This document shows, piece after piece, positions 51,015 through 63,223 of a stretch of DNA of 64,000 nt. Source of the stretch: Bugula neritina (taxonomy: Eukaryota > Animalia > Bryozoa). Where the stretch lies: contig OZ037766.1 of the NCBI GenBank assembly GCA_964035545.1, positions 26,703,473-26,767,472 on the forward strand, written 5' to 3'. The notes below the pieces were generated by a model, which was not told where the DNA came from, did no database searches, and saw only the letters and a list, made by a program, of their open reading frames with translations. How positions within the stretch are numbered: the stretch's first letter is position 1; the number at the start of each line of letters is the position of its first letter. The position numbers and the translations under genes are program-made.

Positions 51015-53852
51015 ATGGCAGCTAACTATGCTCTACAGGAAAAGGTAGTTCTCATCACAGGTAAAACAATAAAAACAGACAAGTTAGTATCTTTGCTGCA
51101 TATTTTGTTCTTATAGCAAATGTTACCAAATGAAGGTGACTCTCTATCACAACTTTTATAGTGATTACAGTTATAATGTTTAAAGCTTAAATTACCTTGA
51201 ATTGGTTGCATGTTTCCTACATGATATTGATTACTAACTGATCACTCATTTTTGACTTCTGTAAAAATCTTTCTGTACGTTTAATAGAAGTTAACTTGGA
51301 ACTAGGAAATAATTGCATTATAAATAAACACACGATGCAATGAAAGAACTTATTTTTGAGGTGATAAAAAAACTTTCATATTTTCTTCTCCATAAATTGC
51401 ACATTTTTCCTCCTCTCCCCAAGAACCTGGTATAATAGTAAAGCTGGTTCAATATGTATCAAATGTGATAGAAAATGTGTAGCATGAATCAAAATATCTT
51501 AGCTTATATAGTTGTTCAAAAAAATCTCAAATATGGCTTCTGCAGTGGGTTTTATAATATTAATAATGATCAAGCCTGCTGTGTTGTGTGGGAATAGAGC
51601 ACTACTAATATTAGAGGACGGATTATATTAATTGAATAATACAAACATATTGACAGGCATCTTTTAAATCATCATTTAACTCCTACTTGTTTGTTTAGGA
51701 GCCAGTTCTGGTATTGGAAGAGCCACTGCTGTCCACTTTGCATCTCTTGGATCTAGACTGGCTCTCTGTGGTAGAAATGAAGCGAACTTGCAGGTAGGTT
51801 ATACTCTATTAAACTATATGGTAACATTATCTACATTGTGTTAATACCTGATGCTTATTATGTTTATTATATAACCTTAATTTATAGAAGACTGTAAGTC
51901 TATGTAAAGGAGCTGGTGATGTTATCACTATAGTTGGAGATCTTACCATTGAATCTGATGTGGTGAGAATTATTGAAAAAACAATAGAACACTACAAACA
52001 ACTGGATGTGTTGGTGAGAATCTCAGAAGTTGAGTCCGTGTATTTTTATTATTGATCTAAATTCTAAATAATGAATAACTGAAACTAAACTCTAATATAG
52101 TTACACAGATATTTATCAAAGAACTTGAAAACCCCAAGATGTACTAGCTTGCAGCTGCATAATTATATAGATGTTTATTTTCCAGTTTTAAAAGTGTATA
52201 TAATTATATAGTACTTGTTGAGAAGTAACTATATGTTAAAACTACAAAAATAGAAAGCTTACATTGCATAAACAAGGCTGTTAATAGTGAGCAAGCACCA
52301 CATTGGATAAAGAAACATACTAAATATATTATTTGTTTAGCCATTCGATATTCTACTTTTAATTGCTTTGTTAAGGTCAACAATGCTGCTGCTGCTACAT
52401 TTGACAGCTTCCTAGAGGAAACACTGGAACAATTTGACCTAATAATGGCTACCAACATCAGAGCTGTGTACCAACTAACCCAACTTGCTGTTCCACACCT
52501 GATTGAGAGTAAAGGATCCATTGTCAATGTGTCTAGCTTAATGGGTGCCATAGCTGTGAGTCATATAATTAATGTAGTGTTTGAAAGATATGCGTAACAT
52601 TTCTGTAGAATTACTGCATAAAAAGGCGTGTAACTTCAGCTCCCTTTCATGAATTATACTTTCACTTACTGAGAAGAAGTTAATGCTTTTGTATAGTTTG
52701 TGATTTTTTTCTAAAATTATTTTTGAAGCGTTCTGATGGTATGGCCTACGGAATGTCAAAAGCAGTTTTAGACTTGTTCACCAAAAGTTTAGCCTTAGAT
52801 CTGGGGCCTAAAAAAGTGAGGGTGAACAGTGTGAGGTTAGTTTACATGCAGTGGGTACTGTGGTTTCATAATTTCATGGTTTGTGTTGACACAGAATAAA
52901 ACCATACAGTGACGGTATAGAGATAAGTTACTTTTAATTAAAATAAACACTCTATATAGGGTAACAAATAGTCACAGTTTATATCATATTATAGTTTTGA
53001 TATTTAAATGTTGTACTATACTATATCATAATATAATTTGTGGCTATATTATTTCTAATCATACTATAGTTATACAAATCAACCATTATTATTAAAAAAG
53101 TAGTATAAAGAGGCTTTAACATTTTATTTCAGCCCTGGAATCATTGAAACAGAAACATTTTCTAGTTCAATGCCTAAAGAGGCCATAACTCCTGTAAGTG
53201 TCAACTATAATTGACCAATAATATTATTCCTAAATCCTAATACAGTATTTCATCAGTGTTGTTCTGTGAATCATCATCTGCCTGCATTGTGCAGACAACT
53301 CTCATAATACTCATAGCTTTTTTAAAAGAAGTTTAGTCTTATTCTCACACTTGACAACACTAGTCTGAAGAATAAGGTCAAGTTGTCACTGCCAAGGCCA
53401 AAGGAATATTGTGAAGTTGAAAAGTTTTGCTTATATTGTAAAACATCCAGTTTAAACACTTGTTAGAAAATTTTATTAATGCTATAAACATTTAACGTGT
53501 TTGCTGCGTACCACACCGCCAAGAGGGAGCAATTGCTGCTAACATTTTAGCTAGCAAAGTCAAAAAGGTATGAAGCTAGATTTATAAATCAAATATCATA
53601 TACGAAGCTGGACGTAGTAAATGTATACATGCATGCAAGTGGTTATTTGGTTGTCTAGATATTTGCTGACTATTATGTGTTTTTTAGTTTCTAAAGAGTG
53701 CTGCTGCTATATACCCACTCCGTAAGATAGGACAACCAGAGGAAGTAGCTAAGACTATAGCCTTCCTGGCTAGTAGTGAGTCAAGTTTTACTACAGGAGT
53801 CATTCTTCAACTGGATGGTGGAGCGCAACACAATACCAAAGTTGTTCCATAA
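51015..53852 (+). CDS. Classical short-chain dehydrogenase/reductase (FabG/3-oxoacyl-ACP-reductase-like), 259 aa
   Basis: Exons 51015-51060, 51699-51793, 51888-52013, 52376-52555, 52729-52835, 53133-53193, 53688-53852 (780 nt). Motifs TGASSGIG, LDVLVNNAA, IVNVSS, YGMSK (YxxxK), VRVNSVSPG, FTTG..LDGG. Confidence 0.95.
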
Positions 53853-54761
53853 AACAACTAAAAGTAAAAGTGAAAAATTTGTGACGCACTTTCATTTCAA
53901 TAGCTGAGTTTTATTCTGAATGAGCTCAAAAGATTCTTAGACCTGTTGGCGTTTTCTGCGACCTAGCTATTAACTTTTAAAATCACTTATAAAAACTGGG
54001 TATAAATTTAGTATATGCATTGATAAAATACTAAATTTGTTGATGTCGGAAAAAGTCACCTATTAATATACAATTTTACCGCAAAGTAATGATACTTTTT
54101 TCGAACTAATCCTACATTGAATAGTAAAAAGAAGTGAGCTTGTAAAGTTTCATGCAAGTAACTTTCTAATATATATATATGTTTTTGTAGTTTGATCACT
54201 ACCTTAAATTCTTAAATCAGAGGAAATGGTTAAATTGTTTTATTTACATTATTGAAGTCGTACATATAATAAGTCTCGTTGACAGGTGGATAATCCACTG
54301 ATTTTTGGTTAAGAAAAGTATCAATGGACGAATGTGGTTATATAACATAATAATGTAATATGTCATGATTACTATAATAATTCATGATTTCAAATTACAT
54401 AATATTATTATGATTGAATGTTTGCTTGATTGCTAAAATTGAACACATCAAGCTATAAAAACATTTCAATAGGTAAATAATCAATTTTACACATTAGGCT
54501 AGCTGTATCATTCCTAGTGAGTGGTGTGTCATGTTTTAGTACTAAAGTTGTCCTTCCATTAGATGATGTATACCATTTGAGTACTAAAACAGTTCCATAT
54601 GATCCATATAGTAGCCAATAAGTTGAACAAGTGGTAAAAAACGCACTGCTGCTATGCTATGCTAATAAATGCATTAGTTTATGCCAGTACATCTGAGTTT
54701 ATTTCTAATAGAAGCACGAACCTGCAGCAGCTATTTACAGTTGCTATATAGCCAACAGTAA

Positions 54762-54977
54762 AGGGAGCAGCTGTAGTCTAGGGGTTAGAGCGTTTGCCTA
54801 GTAAACAAGAGGTCATGGGCTTGAGCCCGGACAAAGGCCTTTGAGGATGTTAGGAAGAGCATCCGGTCATAATTGCTCCTGTGCCTCATTTAAATAAGTC
54901 CTTAGCCTGCCTTAACAAAAACCCTTTTCAGCATCAGGGGTTTCTCACAGGGATAGCAACTATAAACTTGCGTGAGT
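54762..54977 (+). mobile_element. tRNA-Thr-derived SINE, copy 2
   Basis: Aligns over its length with 43212-43421 and keeps a B-box-like GGCTTGAGCCC. Degenerate TSD tatatagccaacagtaaa / tatatagcaaacatgtaaa. Confidence 0.85.
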
Positions 54978-55806
54978 TATATAGCAAACATGTAAAAATT
55001 TTGGCTGGTGAATAAATTGCATTTTATTCAAAGTTACAGGTATAATACTTTATGCATCACATAGCTGATTTATATTACGGTAGCCGGCATAACAGTTCCA
55101 GTGCATCTGAGTTCCTATTTAGACGGTTTGCTGCCATTCTAAGCTGCTTTATAGCTGCCATGTATCCAGATAATTTACATATTCAGTCAGATATACATGA
55201 CCAAAATATCAAAAGATATGCACATTATCATATAATAGTAAGGGTGCCAACATATGGATTGGGCGGATGAAACCCATTATTACCGAACTTCTTTGCTATA
55301 TACATGATACATCATCAGTCAACTCAAAGCCAATATTTGCAAGAACTCTTTTTATCTGGAGAAAAGGTGTTTTTACAAAAAATGGGTATATTTACAGGTT
55401 TAAACAATATACAAATGGGCATAATGATATTTTAACATATAATTTTTAGGCAACATTAGTCTGATATGAACAACGTTGTCTATAGGAATGTTATGTGCGG
55501 ATAATAGCTTATTGTGTGTATGTTGATCTCACTTTTCATGGTTTACTATGACTTTGAATGTGAGGTTATTTGACAGATATCTTTGCACATTAAAAAGTTG
55601 GAGCTTTATATATGATTAGCTGAAACTACTGTATGTGAGCTTCTTCTTTGTTGCTAATGCACCATCTACCTGTAATAAAATTCGTCAAAATATGAAAACT
55701 ATCCGTTCGAATAGTTATGTGCATTTGACTTATGTTATTAGATCGTTTTAGCAATCTTGTAAATGGTTTGGTTCAATGTACAGATTAAATGTTTTTGCTT
55801 TAAAGC

Positions 55807-55807
<1 letters not shown>

Positions 55808-55841
<34 letters not shown>

Positions 55842-55957
55842 GCACACGCGCACGCGCACGCGCACGCGCACGTATGCACGTATGCACGTATGCACGTATG
55901 CACGTATGCACGTATGCACGTATGCACGTATGCACGTATGCACGTATGCACGTATGC
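55808..55957. repeat. Compound microsatellite (CA)n-(CGCACG)n-(GCACGTAT)11
   Basis: Eleven perfect 8-bp units at 55868-55955. Confidence 0.95.
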
Positions 55958-56290
55958 AGTGGGCATATGAACTGTTCAGGCAAAATATATTTACAGTCAT
56001 TAGAGTAAACTGGCAAGTTTTTGCCAATGAGTAAGTTGTACATGTATTCAAAGTTACCAGTACTTTTATATGCCAAATAACTTCTTTATTTTAACAGCCA
56101 AAATAATACTTGCGCACCATTCTTCTTTAGGTGCATTGGTTCTTTCTTTTCCGATAAGATAAATTCACCATTTACAGCCTGCATAACTACATAGCTTACA
56201 CATTTAGTCATCTAACATACACATACACATTGTATGTGTTATTGTGAAGGAGCAGTATCTAAGATAACAGAGTCTCTCTGTACTGTAACA

Positions 56291-57647
56291 ATGGAAGATA
56301 TAAGCAATCAAACCTTCACCATAGGGATCGTTCCCCTTTTTCAACAGGTAAGAAATGTATTGTTTCAACACTAACGCTTTTAGTTAGCCCGTGGGCACCA
56401 GAACTTCATGGTTAATTTTATAGTTTAAAGTTAAGGATTTTATAGGTAAAATGTTCAATATATAATTGTATTTGATATAGCAAAATGCGTAGTGTGCTAC
56501 TAGATCAACTAATATATACATTCATTATAAAACCTAAATGTAACAAATATATTATATAATAAACTTACAGTTCACATCTATTGTAGGGATAATTTTCAAC
56601 TTACTAAATATTATCACACTTTCCATGTCTACAGAACATGTGACATATAAAATACTTCTTGGAATGGCTGTTGCTGATTTATTGGTAAGAATAAATGCCA
56701 TATTTTTTAAATAATTATACTGTGTGTGTATTTAAATAATACTGAGACTCGTTTGTCATTGAAACTTTAGTTTCTTACTAATAAAAATTGATATTGGATG
56801 GAACTATTGTGAAAGTTTCTTATTACTTCATTTTACTACTTCATGAGTCAATTTGTTATCAACAATAAAGTTCTACAATTTCCCATCTCTAAAACCCTAA
56901 AACTTATCCGTCATTGTGATAACTGATTAATCAAAACCCATTCATCATATTTATTTAGTCACTCAACAAGCTATAGCTGCAGAGTTTAAGTGTATTATTT
57001 CATTAGAATCACCATATCAACTAACTCAAATAAGAGTTTACCACTTATAAGAGCTCTTGAGTAGGGTGAAGTTAAAATCTTTTGAATAATGTCAGTTTTA
57101 ACATATATTCCAGGAAATAATGACAAATATAATAAATATCAGACAGTTTAATGTTATTATTGAAGCTTTTTGATGAGAAAACAACTACCTCAAAAATAAT
57201 CGTAATTTTAAAAAACATAAAAATCCAAAGATTGCCGAAACACTTAGAAACAATGTCAAAAGAACTATGCCATGTGCCAGTATTTATATGCATGTATTTA
57301 ACAAAGAATTTGTTAACATTTTTACTTGATTGGTATATGATACAAAGTAATATTATTTGTTTTAGGTGAACATTGCGTTTCTGTGCTCAACTACAATCTT
57401 CCTAACAGTCATGTACTCTGACATTTCTTTTGACATCGTGCTATTGGGTATCATATTCATTGTGATGCACGCATTCACATCTGTAGGTGAACACTTTTTA
57501 TAAATAATAAATAATAAAATATTCGAAAATATTTATGTTTGCAGAGGTAGCAAAAACCAACTATTTTCTATTTTTTCTATATAAGGTTTCGTCTGGCTAT
57601 ACATAATTGACAACATTAATTGAGCTGCAAACATACTTTAAATTCAG
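56291..57647 (+). pseudogene. Inverted, truncated paralog of the GPCR gene (probable pseudogene)
   Basis: 56291-56347 matches exon 1 (57 vs 58 nt). 56587-56684 matches exon 3 (IIFNLLNIITLSMSTEHVTYKILLGMAVADLL). 57366-57482 matches exon 4. From 57586 it starts like exon 5 (VSSG vs ISSW) then hits TAA. Introns and upstream region also align; TM4-7 exons were not found. Confidence 0.8.
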
Positions 57648-58585
57648 GTAACTAACAAAAACCTGAATCTCGAAAATAATTATTATATATAAATAAAATG
57701 GTAAAGCTGCATATAAGCTATGCTATTTGTTGTAATATGTAGAATAATAAATATAAACTTGTAGAGTCTCGAAACATCAACACAATCTAGTTGGCAATTA
57801 GTAACCGTTTTTTTAAACTCTTCTATAACCTTATTGAATAAGCCAATAATATTTATACTTGCTCAAACATTCTATAATTAACTGACATTATTAAAAAAAA
57901 TGAAATTTAGGTTTTGGGATTTTCAGTGACCTTCATACACTTGTTATGACTAAATTTTAATTAAAAATTTAAACTAGAATTCCTCATCTTATTGTAACAA
58001 CTTTCTCTTCATTTAGTAATCTGTCAATTGCTATATTAGATTTGATTGTATCAATGGTAAATCATATAAGTAGATTATAGAAAGCACGACGCATTTTTCT
58101 TTTCTGCGAATTTACAATGTATAATATTTATAGGAACAATTTATGAAGTCATTTTTAATATGTAAAGCAGTTAAAAAATTTTCCATAAAGGCAGAGTTGC
58201 TCATAGATACTTTGCCAATCCATAACTTTTTATTCTCAGCTTCAAACATGGCCAGATGTTCCACTTGCATTCAATCTACCACTTTCTTTGATTGTAATTG
58301 TTTTGCATTAATTATACATGTGGTTTTATTTATTTATTTTAATTATACATGTGGTTTTATAGCTCACAGCACATTTGAAAACTAAACATTGCAAAACAAA
58401 ATCAGATAAATTTGCAGAAACTATGTTTATAATAGGCTGGGTATATATAGTTAAAACACACCAACACTGTTTATAATTTAATATAGTTCGTCTCATCAAA
58501 CCACTGTGTTCAATCTGGAAACACACAAGTAAAGTATCCTACATCTATAGCAGCTAGATTAGCCAGTAGAGCAAACAGGTATATT

Positions 58586-61500
58586 CTAGAATCGGTTTGG
58601 TTCTGTTGATGTTGATTCTTCATGGGGATAGAAATTAGGGAATAAATAGAGTTGTCTGCTTTTGGTGGGAAAACACTCAAAAGTTGGTTGTTGTCCTCCT
58701 ATGTCTATGTTCCTTTTAGCTACGAGAAGACTCTTCTCTCTTACTATTTCTTTAACCTGTAACACAAGTTACAATAGCAATAACATAAAAAGGTAGAGAA
58801 AGAAAGGCAGGAAAGATATATAGGTAAAGATCTCATCTTGAAGTGACAAATACTATAGAAGACGATTTACGCCCTGGACACACTTTGCCATACTTTATGC
58901 CCCAGCCTGTAACGTAAAATGTCAGTCATTTTAATGTGTTAAGGCTAAAGTGCCTATTGGGTATGATCTATGACACCTCATCAAACATTTATGTCCAATG
59001 TATTGACGCGAACGTCTTCCTGGCCAATAGGAGCCCGCCGCAAGATTTTTGAATCAAGCAGTAGATAAGATCCTGACCCACTGCAATGTCGTACAGGAAG
59101 CCTGTACATTTTTAAAAATAGCTGATATTTTACATTACAGCCTACAGTGTGACAAAGTGTGTCTAGGGGGTTAATAATTCTCACTTTCTCAAATATAGTG
59201 TTGAGGTCATCTTCACAGGCATAGTTGTACAGCGTACAGACCAGTGCCCGAAGAAGCCATGTGCCTTGTCGAGAGTGCCTCATTGAGCGAAAGCCTACAA
59301 ATAGAAATTTACAGTAACTAGGTCACCATTTGACCTTTTACCTTTATGTCTGACATTTAACTAATAAAACAACAATGTACTTCAAGCAGCAGAATCTATG
59401 CAAAATACACATAAACATAGTTGATCAGTGTAGACTGTTATTGTAACTACACACATACATAATGCAGTATGAAATGTCACTACTGGCAGTAACCATAGTA
59501 ACTACACTCATGCATAGTTTAGATTTTGCTGTAGTTATGGTAGCTACACATATACATAGTTTAGTATTGGCTGTAACCATGGTGACTACACATATACATA
59601 AATTGGTATTAACTGTAACCATGGTGAATACACGTACACATAAATTAGTATTGACTGTAACCATGGTGACTACACAGTACACATATATATAAATTAGTAT
59701 TGACTGTAACCATGGTGACTACACATATACATAAATTAGTATTGAGTGCATGTAACCATGGTGAATATATATATATAAACAATTATGTTGAACAAGATTG
59801 ACATGCCTCGAACTCTTCAGAGCTTCGAAATCTAAGCAAAAAAACAAGATTTAACAAAATCCGCCCATATATATTATATTGAGCTAAAATTCTGACTCTC
59901 TCACATTGCTCGTTTATCACATATAGATAGATGGATTTCTAACCCATCTTATCTTTTATTTCCTTCACATTAGACTGCATAAACTTACTAAGAAAACTGG
60001 CTTTTAAAATGAACAGATCATCAGTAGCCAGATGCTCTCCAGGAAATGGGGATTCCACTCTCACGGAGTGGTTGGCTACCGCTCGTACTCTATCGTCAGA
60101 ATAGAATCCTAGACTATCTGGCCTGGCTGCAACACACCACATATAGCAATTTCATTGTCACTGTTTACCCTCTTGAAACTCTGGCTGTCTTGTATTTCAT
60201 TCAAACACAGACATGGCACCCTCTACTAGTATAATACAGTTAGACATACTTCCAGCACAGGCCTGTATAATGATTATTTTAGGTTTCCCAGCCATTGACT
60301 CAAATTCATACGGCGACATTAAATCATAAATGTCTGTCAGCTTGACTGGAACTCCATCTCTACCATAAACCTCTGTTTCAGTGCCATGGGTCATGATGAC
60401 CAAGGCAATGGCACCATAGCCAAACCTTTCATGATTTGGATGCTTAGTTTCTCTTCTAATTGTTGCCAACATCTCCTGTGATTTAAATACAAAATAATAT
60501 TTATTTTCTACAAAAAGAAAACTATGAGAAACTGTGTTTATTTGCTGCATCACCATCGTTGTTAATCTCTAATGGTCTCAGATGATAGTTGCTGGTTTCT
60601 GCACGTCTTCATGTGACTGGGGAGGTCAATGATGAAGTGGTAGTGTTTACTGCAGAGACTACATATGTGTGCTGTTGCCGCCTGCTCGGTAGATAATTTT
60701 TGTTAAGTTTTAGTTTAGAAAAATTGAGCAATAGATTTCTCACACTTCACTCACCTCGCCACTAAGGTTTGTGTGAATTTCACAGATAAAGTGAAGTTGA
60801 GTGAAAACATTACAAATGTTAATAACATCCATGTCTGAACCTTCTCTTTTATCCATTCTCACTTGACTGGATGAAGCAAAGTCTCTGTTGTTGATGATTA
60901 AACATCTTCCTCTAACAGGGAAAGACATTTGGTAAACCTGCACAGTTGTTGAATTTAATAGATTAGAAAATAAAGCTAATTGTTAATTGCACATAACTCA
61001 GAAACTTGTTTATCTTTAAATAATGCATGTGAGCAAAAAATATCTTTTTATTATTTAGATATAGTAAGCATTTGAAAATAACAGCTTGCCTTCTTGGAGC
61101 TGTAGACACTATTCTTGAGATCTTTTTCAAAGTACGGCCTGAGTGGGATATTTATAATGTCTACATCCATGTTCATTTCATCCAAATATTTCAAGCTTTC
61201 CGAGGGATTGCTGCTTTGGGTTTTTAATCCTGGATATACAATTCCAGAGTAATATTTATTGAAACATATATCTTCCTTTGATAACTATATATTATAAATA
61301 TTGTTTAAGTTACAAGGAACACAATTTCATATCTACTTTTATTCAATTTGTATAAATTACAGTCATTACACTTTATAGCTATAAATGAACTAGCACAATA
61401 AAATAAATACACTAAAACAAAACAAACAGGCCACCTAAACGGCTTTCTTTACTCTAAGGTATTTCACATAAATAACAGCAACATCTAAAGTTGGTGTGGA

Positions 61501-63223
61501 GTTTATAAACTTGTGGAAGCTTAGCGAGCTTAGGATTTGGCTAAATTTAATATTTTGTTATTCAATTGAAACACGAATAGCTTGCTTGGCAGCTACTTAA
61601 TTGAATAGATTAAAAACATCCCAAGAGCTGTAAGCTGCAAGGCTGCGTTAGTTAAAGTAATATAAAAACTAAGCAATTTCAAACTAAAGCAAGCCGTTAA
61701 AAGTAGGTCCTCTAATTAAAGTATTTATCAGTGCATATTATATGTCCTATTAGTGGCAATTGATGGTGCATACATTACATGCAATACATTATAACATGCA
61801 ATGCATTACATACAATGCATACAACACGTTACATCCAGTACATTAATAAAAACAATACAATACATATCTTAAGTTACATACAGTATATGTAATACATTCA
61901 CAGAACTCTGCAAGGCTGCTGTAGCTATTATGTGGGTTATTGTTTAATTTGACTGAGGTAGTGGTAAGTGAGAATAAAATAGGTTTTGTTTATGTGCATA
62001 GAACTAATATTATTAATGAAGTATATTTCGTTCTCATTGTTTCTTCAAACAGGGCTACTGAATCAATCGATATCGTTATTTACATATTTTCAATAGCAGC
62101 CTTTTTAAATGAGTAAAAGGTAGCCAAAACTGCATACCGCAACAAGAAGACAAGTATTTTCACCTCGGACAGATTTTTGTGCCCATTTCTGTCTTTCCTT
62201 TAGAAAGCTAAGGATTTCAGCCTGTTTGTTGACTTTTGAGGAGTCTAGTGCAACATGCCCCAAACGATTCTTTGTATTGAACAGTTTTAGGTACTCATCA
62301 GGTGATAGCCTGCTGTACATGGTGTCTATAGCATCTGTATGACCCCCAACAGCTGCCAAATGTGTGACTGTGTTTCCATCTTTGTTCTGCATTGCAAGAT
62401 AAGAGTAAAGCTCGCCATCAGGCAAACTATCTACGATGACTTTAAATGTTTTAGTTTGTCCGTGCTCTGAAGCCCAGTGCAAAGCTGTGTTGTTACTTTT
62501 GTTTTGAATTTTGAGTAGCTTTTGAAAATCACCCTTTGGCACGGTTTCCATGAGCCATTTCACAGTTTCAGCGTACCCACTTTTTGCAGCTTTGTGCAAT
62601 GCTGTATTACCTTTTTTATTTTGTATCTTGAGTAGTTTGTAGAACTCATCCACTTGTACACATTCTTCTATCTTTTCCAATATATCAGTGTGGCCATTTC
62701 TTGCTGCGCAGTGCACAGCTGTATCGCCAGCTTTATCTTGCACTCCCAAGAGCTTACATAAATCGGTAACTGGTATAGATTCTATAACGTACCTCATCAC
62801 CTCTACATGACCATTCACTGCTGAATAATGTGCTACAGTAAGCCCTTGCTTGTTCTGTATATTGAGTAGTTTGGTCAAATCAGAGGCTGATACTGTGTCT
62901 ACTATACACTTCATTACCTCACTACTGTCCATGTCAGCTGCGTTGTGTGCCGCTGTGTTTCCAGCATTGTTTTGGATACTGAGCAGTTTATACAGTTCTG
63001 CTGGTGACACTGAGAATATGACGAGGTTGAGTCTATCTACGCTGTTATCTGAAGCTGCTCGGTGCAGATCTGTCCATCCATCTGTATCCTTCTCGGCCAA
63101 TGTCTTTAACATCTCAGTTCTTGAAACATTGGCCAACTTGTCTTTGAGTTGTTTCGTCCAATCAGGAGCCTCCATTTCTTTGCTTTCTAGAAACTCTGTT
63201 TCGGGTTCTCCGCTCTGGGACAT
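58586..63223 (-). CDS. Ankyrin-repeat-containing caspase (peptidase C14A), ~675 aa
   Basis: Exons 63223-62164 (ankyrin array), 61229-61090 (GC donor), 60937-60755 (YQMSFPVRGRCLIINN..REGSDMD), 60475-60250 (IMTHG..GKPKIIIIQACAG), 60126-59989 (..DDLFILKAS), 59294-59185 (SMRHSRQGTWLLRAL), 58756-58586 (QQP..RQLYLFP). Total 2028 nt, open, phases consistent. Confidence 0.88.
59440..59770. repeat. ~42-bp minisatellite (gtaaccatggtgactacacatatacataaattagtattgact), ~7-8 copies
   Basis: Directly visible inside caspase intron 5. Confidence 0.9.

Noticed and set aside
52204-52551. 115-aa minus-strand ORF
   Set aside because: Antisense shadow of SDR exon 4.
54762-54835. tRNA-Thr(AGT) gene
   Set aside because: Acceptor and T stems do not close; it is the head of a SINE.
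55738-56076. ORFs with CIRAYVHT/ARMHVCTY repeats (also 47171-47600 and 59425-59692)
   Set aside because: Translations of micro- and minisatellites.
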